Program-made: the position numbers and the translations under genes
Source: Paraphysomonas bandaiensis
Taxonomy: Eukaryota; Protista; Chrysophyceae
Assembly: GCA_965644295.1 (NCBI GenBank)
Contig: CBFFRP010000303.1
Location: 1-64,000, forward strand
Length of the DNA stretch: 64,000 bases
Direction of reading: 5' to 3'
The notes under the pieces: model-generated
Told to the model about the DNA's origin: nothing
Databases searched by the model: none
Seen by the model: the letters and a program-made list of their open reading frames with translations, nothing else
Shown here: in pieces, positions 58,061-64,000 of the stretch
How the letters are laid out: each line of letters starts with the position of its first letter
Position numbering within the stretch: the first letter of the stretch is position 1

Positions 58061-59218
58061 ATGTCAGGCGATAACAATCAAACTGTGGTGATATCAATCT
58101 GTCTCTGCTTTGCGACTCTCTCTCTGTTTGCTTCTGTTATTACTCTCATTTTAATTAAACGACTCAAGAAATGGAATGGATATTTGCAGCTAGTTGTCAG
58201 TTTAACGATATGTCAAATAGCTTATGACATCGGCTTTTATCCGTTGCCTTGGTTTTATACTCGAGTGGGAGAGTTGCTGTTCATATTGTTAAACACATCT
58301 GGTGGTCTCGCGAGCTCTCTATGGAGTAACGCTATTATCCTCGTAACGTGTCATATAGTTATGCATTTACGCTCTGTGGATATTATAAAAATGGTATGTA
58401 TTTGTCCGCCTGTTTGGTTGTCGTGATATATTTTACAGTACCCGCTTTATTTTACTTTGGTTATGGTACCGTCGTTGTCGGTAGCAATAGTATCAGCTGT
58501 TTTTCCTGACAGCAGTTATACCCAAATGGCTTACTTGGCTATCCGATCATTATCTATTCTAGTGAATATAGTCGCGATATTGATTATATTCTGCAAGATA
58601 TCACGTATGCAAAAGGAAGGTGATGTACGTGAAGACCCCAACTGTAACCCAGTATTCGTGCTTTCCAAGCGATTGGTATACTACTGCATGGTTCAGACTG
58701 TTACACGGATAGGTTCATCTTGGTACCAGCTTCAATATGGGTTCGGCGGTACATATGATGCAGACAGTGCAAGCACCCTTGAGACTGCAGTCTATTTCAG
58801 CGAGTTTATTCTCAATCCTTCTGCTGGCATTGGGTATCTACTAGTGTTCTTATACATTCAGCCAGATGCCGTTGGGGAATTGAGAAGCCTTTTGCGGCCG
58901 CGAAAATTTAGTAGGAAAAAACGTTTATGCGGTCCCCGGGAATCGCTTCTGGATGGTATTGCTGATGATTTCACGGACCCAATGCTCTCGGAAGAGAGTG
59001 CAAACAACAATTCCCTGCGTCGGCGCAGTTCCAGCAGCCAAGACAGCTCATTTTTTCCAATGCTGGGGTGGAGCCCAGGAACTGCTCCGACAGTTTTCCC
59101 ATTGCTAGGCATGGACGAAGATGGTCTTGCCCAGGAGATTGATCGTAGGTACTCACAAGCTGTGTTCACTCCTACCCGGAAGCACATGGGAACTGCATCT
59201 CAAGCTCCTTCGAGCTGA
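58061..59218 (+). CDS. 7TM GPCR-like protein (cAMP-receptor/GCR1-like), 2 exons
   Basis: Seven hydrophobic segments; LASSLWSN, KRLVYY, NPSAGIGY; intron 58394-58438. Confidence 0.8.
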
Positions 59219-59649
59219 CAGAGTACTCCAAAGTTATAGTTTTCGTCTTCTACCTTATTCTTGAGCTTACCCTCGCAACTCGATTAATTTTAGATTATAA
59301 ATTGTGTTAGTGTTGAAAATATTTTTACCTGATTTTCTCGCAAGCTGTAAAATTCTCTGTGTGGATACCTCCACACCGCGCAGTTCTTTTCACGGGTTGA
59401 ACTAGGGATTCACGAAAAGGTATTCTAAACTAACATTGTGGGTTCAGAATAGTAGAGCATGTGTTTTGATATGTACTCATTGAGTCGCCATGGATTTCTT
59501 GTTACTTGGCATTGACTTTTCTTACACATGCAACATTATATGCAGCAAAGTTCCTTGTGGATTCCTGGGAGTTGTTTTCACGATTTTATTGCTGATACAT
59601 GCTTGTTTACAGATCGACCTTCGACATGAACTGCTTCCCCCACAATCAC

Positions 59650-61635
59650 CGCTGCAGCGGCAACTGGAATTGATATCATATACACAGACGGTATGTATGT
59701 AAACAATATGAAATGATGTAAATGTCGGCAGTCATCGCGGAGTTCTGTTCACACTTTGTGTAATGTTCGTACTCCTACTTATTCTGCCAATAGCACCCTG
59801 TGCTTTACAGGACTGATGTTTTCACTTTATGCGATAGCATACGACAATTGCTACTGCATCATTCGCATCTTCACATTTTAGAATATTGTTTCTTGTACTT
59901 ATGACATTAACATATGTATGTTATCAGGTACCGATCTTATTATCTCACAACCATCGCTGCAGCGGCAACTGGAATCGATATCATATACACAGACGGTATG
60001 TATGTAAACAATATGAAATGATGTAAATGTCGGCAGTCATCGCGGAGTTCTGTTCACACTTTGTGTAATGTTCGTACTCCTACTTATTCTGCCAATAGTA
60101 CCCTGTGCTTTACAGGACTGATGTTTTCACTTTATGCGATAGCATACGACAATTGCTACTGCATCATTCGCATCTTCACATTTTAGAATATTGTTTCTTG
60201 TACTTATGACAATAACATATGTATGTTATCAGGTACCGATCTTATTATCTCACAACCATCGCTGCAGCGGCAACTGGAATCGATATCATATACACAGACG
60301 GTATGTATGTAAACAATATGAAATGATGTAAATGTCGGCAGTCATCGCGGAGTTCTGTTCACACTTTGTGTAATGTTCGTACTCCTACTTATTCTGCCAA
60401 TAGTACCCTGTGCTTTACAGGACTGATGTTTTCACTTTATGCGATAGCATACGACAATTGCTACTGCATCATTCGCATCTTCACATTTTAGAATATTGTT
60501 TCTTGTACTTATGACAATAACATATGTATGTTATCAGGTACCGATCTTATTATCTCACAACCATCGCTGCAGCGGCAACTGGAATCGATATCATATACAC
60601 AGACGGTATGTATGTAAACAATATGAAATGATGTAAATGTCGGCAGTCATCGCGGAGTTCTGTTCACACTTTGTGTAATGTTCGTACTCCTACTTATTCT
60701 GCCAATAGTACCCTGTGCTTTACAGGACTGATGTTTTCACTTTATGCGATAGCATACGACAATTGCTACTGCATCATTCGCATCTTCACATTTTAGAATA
60801 TTGTTTCTTGTACTTATGACATTGACATATGTATGTTATCAGGTACCGATCTTATTATCTCACAACCATCGCTGCAGCGGCAACTGGAATCGATATCATA
60901 TACACAGACGGTATGTATGTAAACAATATGAAATGATGTAAATGTCGGCAGTCATCGCGGAGTTCTGTTCACACTTTGTGTAATGTTCGTACTCCTACTT
61001 ATTCTGCCAATAGTACCCTGTGCTTTACAGGACTGATGTTTTCACTTTATGCGATAGCATACGACAATTGCTACTGCATCATTCGCATCTTCACGTTTTA
61101 GAATATTGTTTCTTGTACTTATGACATTGACATATGTATGTTATCAGGTACCGATCTTATTATCTCACAACCATCGCTGCAGCGGCAACTGGAATCGATA
61201 TCATATACACAGACGGTATGTATGTAAACGATATGAACAAGATGTAAATGTCGGCAGTCATCGCGGAGTTCTGTTCACACTTTGTGTAATGTTCGTACTC
61301 CTACTTATTCTGCCAATAGTACCCTGTGCTTTACAGGACTGATGTTTTCACTTTATGCGATAGCATACGACAATTGCTACTGCATCATTCGCATCTTCAC
61401 GTTTTAGAATATTGTTTCTTGTACTTATGACATTGACATATGTATGTTATCAGGTACCGATCTTATTATCTCACAACCATCGCTGCAGCGGCAACTGGAA
61501 TCGATATCATATACACAGACGGTATGTATGTAAACGATATGAACAAGATGTAAATGTCGGCAGTCATCGCGGAGTTCTGTTCACACTTTGTGTGACATGT
61601 TTTCACTTTATGCGATAGCATATGACAATTGCTAT
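59650..61635. repeat. Tandem array of a 305/306-bp unit, ~6.5 copies
   Basis: CCATCGCTGC recurs at 59951, 60256, 60561, 60866, 61171 and 61477; units near-identical. Confidence 0.97.
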
Positions 61636-61923
61636 TACATTATTCTCAACTTCGCATGATTGAGTTGTTTTATTTTGGTGCTCGAAGAACTCATACTTGA
61701 AGAGCAGTTTTTTCTTGGCGCATATTAATCCTTTTTTGGCAGGAGACTGCATAATATTTCACTTCGCACTTTATATACCTTTACTCTAGATTCACAATAC
61801 TAAGATATTTCGTTTGTAACTGTGGTATAAGTATGATTCGAGTATCCTTTACTGTTATTAGTCTTGTACCACTGTTTCATTGGGTCGCTATTTCACATCT
61901 ATGAAATATAAATAATTCTATGG

Positions 61924-62960
61924 GGGATATATTATTCAACCTAGTCAATTTGGTGGACTTTCCTAGTCATTCCATTTTCGGTGTAAAAACCTAGTCAAAG
62001 CCATAAATGACTCAACCTAGCCAATTGTAGTATTAAACCTAGTCGTCCTTATATCCATTGATTACACATTGCGACTGTCTAAGATACGTGCATACACCAC
62101 ACAACATATTGATGGCTCGTAGAGCATCACAACAAGCATAACAATTCATTCATATCTACATAACAGTGTATGTGTATGTATATGCAGCATATCTGTATAG
62201 CTTATTAGTGTACGATGGGTCTCTTATCAGTGTTATGAAGAGGAGGAGGAGTGGTCAGTGTAGCTGTGCTGTGGACATACCCCCATGAATATACGTAGAC
62301 AGGCACCTGGAGATCTTCATACGCTATGAGTGAGATCGCTTCCCTTCCTTCAGCGACTTGCTTGTTGAATGAGCGACTGCTTTGACTTCCAGGAGGGCAT
62401 GAATACCCCATGTTTCTAGACCGATTAAGAAAAAAGAGGGGTTTTCATGTCAAAGTCTGTGTATTCGTAAAAACAACATCACTGAAATGGACTGCCTTTC
62501 CAGGAGCAGATCAAACGATGAGGAGTCCGTTGTACAGTGGAGCCCTTTAATCTCTCTGCCACGGGATGGATCACTGGCAGTCTCCCTCAATAGTCTCTTG
62601 ATGCTCCCATTATGATATGTACACTGCAGTGGTTGTGACCTGTACATTACAGTGGTTATGATATGTACACTGCAGTGATATTGTGACCTCTACCTGCAGT
62701 GGTTGTGACCTGTACATTACAGTGGTTATGATATGTACACCACAGTGGTTGTGACCTGTGCATTACAGTGGTTATGATATGTACACCACAGTATTTGCTA
62801 GAGTATGCTCCCACGTTTGACTAGGTGAATACCCTATTCCACCTAGTCAACCTAGTCATTGTAAAGTTAAAAATCTAATTATTTAATGACTAGGTTTTTA
62901 CACCAATTTTGGTGTGACTAGGAAATTCCACCAAATTGACTAGGTCGAAAAATAGATCCC
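61924..62960. mobile_element. Non-autonomous Mutator-like element (MULE) with long TIRs
   Basis: Perfect 9-bp TSD ATTCTATGG (61915-61923, 62961-62969); TIRs begin GGGAT and carry repeated CCTAGTC/GACTAGG motifs over >100 bp; internal ~46-bp tandem repeat at 62612-62792. Confidence 0.9.
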
Positions 62961-63062
62961 ATTCTATGGGTTACTTAATCATGTTACCTAAATGACATAT
63001 ACAAGAAACACACTTCCGCGGGGGGCATGAGAAATGAGAAAGCCATTGACCATACTTTCATT

Positions 63063-63700
63063 CAGGGCCTGTAACCGTTAATGGTAATGGGCCTTTAATG
63101 GTATTGCCATATAATAATTGCCGGGAACTATTATTATACCCAAAAACTCTAAAACAATCATTGAAAATATGCAACAACTAACAAAGTAAGTATACTCTGT
63201 ATTTATGCCATATATTAAGCAACGATGATGGCCAAGAATATTGATGGCAGTGTAATTTATAGAGTCTTCTTCCGAGTGGATTCAGAGTATCCTTTGTATC
63301 ATATTTGTTCGTTGTGCAATGATCGCCTTAAACAAGATATAAAGCGAGGTTACACGACTTGTGTGAATCATATATAACCAAGCACGGCGCCAAACATGCG
63401 GATTTTTTGGCAAGTGGAATTCGAGAGAAATTTCGAAAATGAAAGACTTCACGGGGGCGATTTATTGTCTTTATAAGAAGAAAGTATTTCTTATTCCGGT
63501 GGCTGGAATGGATAGCAATGAACGACGATCCATTTACAGAATGTTGTTACGCTCGCCTTACATATAGTGGAACCAATTTGTACCAAGCCCGCTAGTTATT
63601 TGATATATACTACAAGAATTTCCAGAACTGCATCCATACCTTTCTATGAATGCAAGATATTGTTGCCAGTACAATTTTTGAGAAGTAGGTAGTGGCTAAA
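63063..63700 (+). pseudogene. Left end and decayed N-terminus of a hAT transposase
   Basis: TIR-like CAGGGCCTGTAAC; BED-finger remnant ICSLCNDRLKQDIKRGYTTCVNHI*; LFRWLEWIAMNDDPF; stops and frameshifts. Confidence 0.7.
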
Positions 63701-64000
63701 ATTCAAGGGAATGATGAAAGAGAGTTGACAGGCAATGAGAGAAGAGCAGTTAGACGTTTGCAACTGGATTCATCCCTTGATATTGGTGCACTCGACAGAA
63801 ATAATGAGGGCAAGAGTGAAGGAACTGATTTGCACAGCGTGTTCTGGACAGCGCCGAGGTGACCAAGAGAGCTCGACTTGGTACCTATGAGTTCAACTAC
63901 CGCTGCTTGCTTCATATTGAAGAACAATCTAATGTTGTTGAGAGGCTCTTTATTCGTGCAAAGTTGGTAATCACACCTGAATCTATATCGTCTAGAATCG

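Noticed and set aside
60016-60125. Possible C/D snoRNA in each 305-bp unit (ATGATGT...CTGA)
   Set aside because: Box C is mismatched and altered in the last units, the terminal stem is weak, and no guide target is recognisable.
63703-63927. 74-aa minus-strand ORF at the window end
   Set aside because: May be an exon of a gene extending beyond the window, but there is no motif to support a call.

Overview
Eukaryotic nuclear DNA with about 40% GC and many 40-60 nt spliceosomal introns; the gene content fits a stramenopile/chrysophyte-like protist (inference). About 14 host genes are present: PLP aminotransferase, CAMK-type kinase, ZNF598/Hel2-like E3 ligase, divergent PP2A B56, NCKX with EF-hands, YIF1, FkbM methyltransferase, TPR protein, P-loop GTPase, CLU protein, PH protein, CobW/ZNG1, 7TM receptor and unknowns. 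They alternate with nests of mobile DNA: two young full-length Ty1/copia elements (2031-7524; 25546-31053, intact), a young non-autonomous copia derivative with an expanded LTR (23105-31220), solo LTRs, hAT remnants, a MULE-type element and a 305-bp tandem array. The best candidate for an undescribed system is a ~550-bp dispersed short retroposon (5 copies). Its 5' end folds like an HDV-type self-cleaving ribozyme resembling the trypanosomatid ingi/L1Tc Pr77 head. Its 3' ~190 bp are shared with a 5'-truncated LINE-like insertion at 42520-43055. That insertion and the best copy (38559-39109) each carry a 13-bp target-site duplication. Also notable: a ~99% identical 392-bp protease module shared by two otherwise diverged copia families, and a 442-bp host duplication flanking copia element 1. 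All calls come from manual reading; no searches were run.
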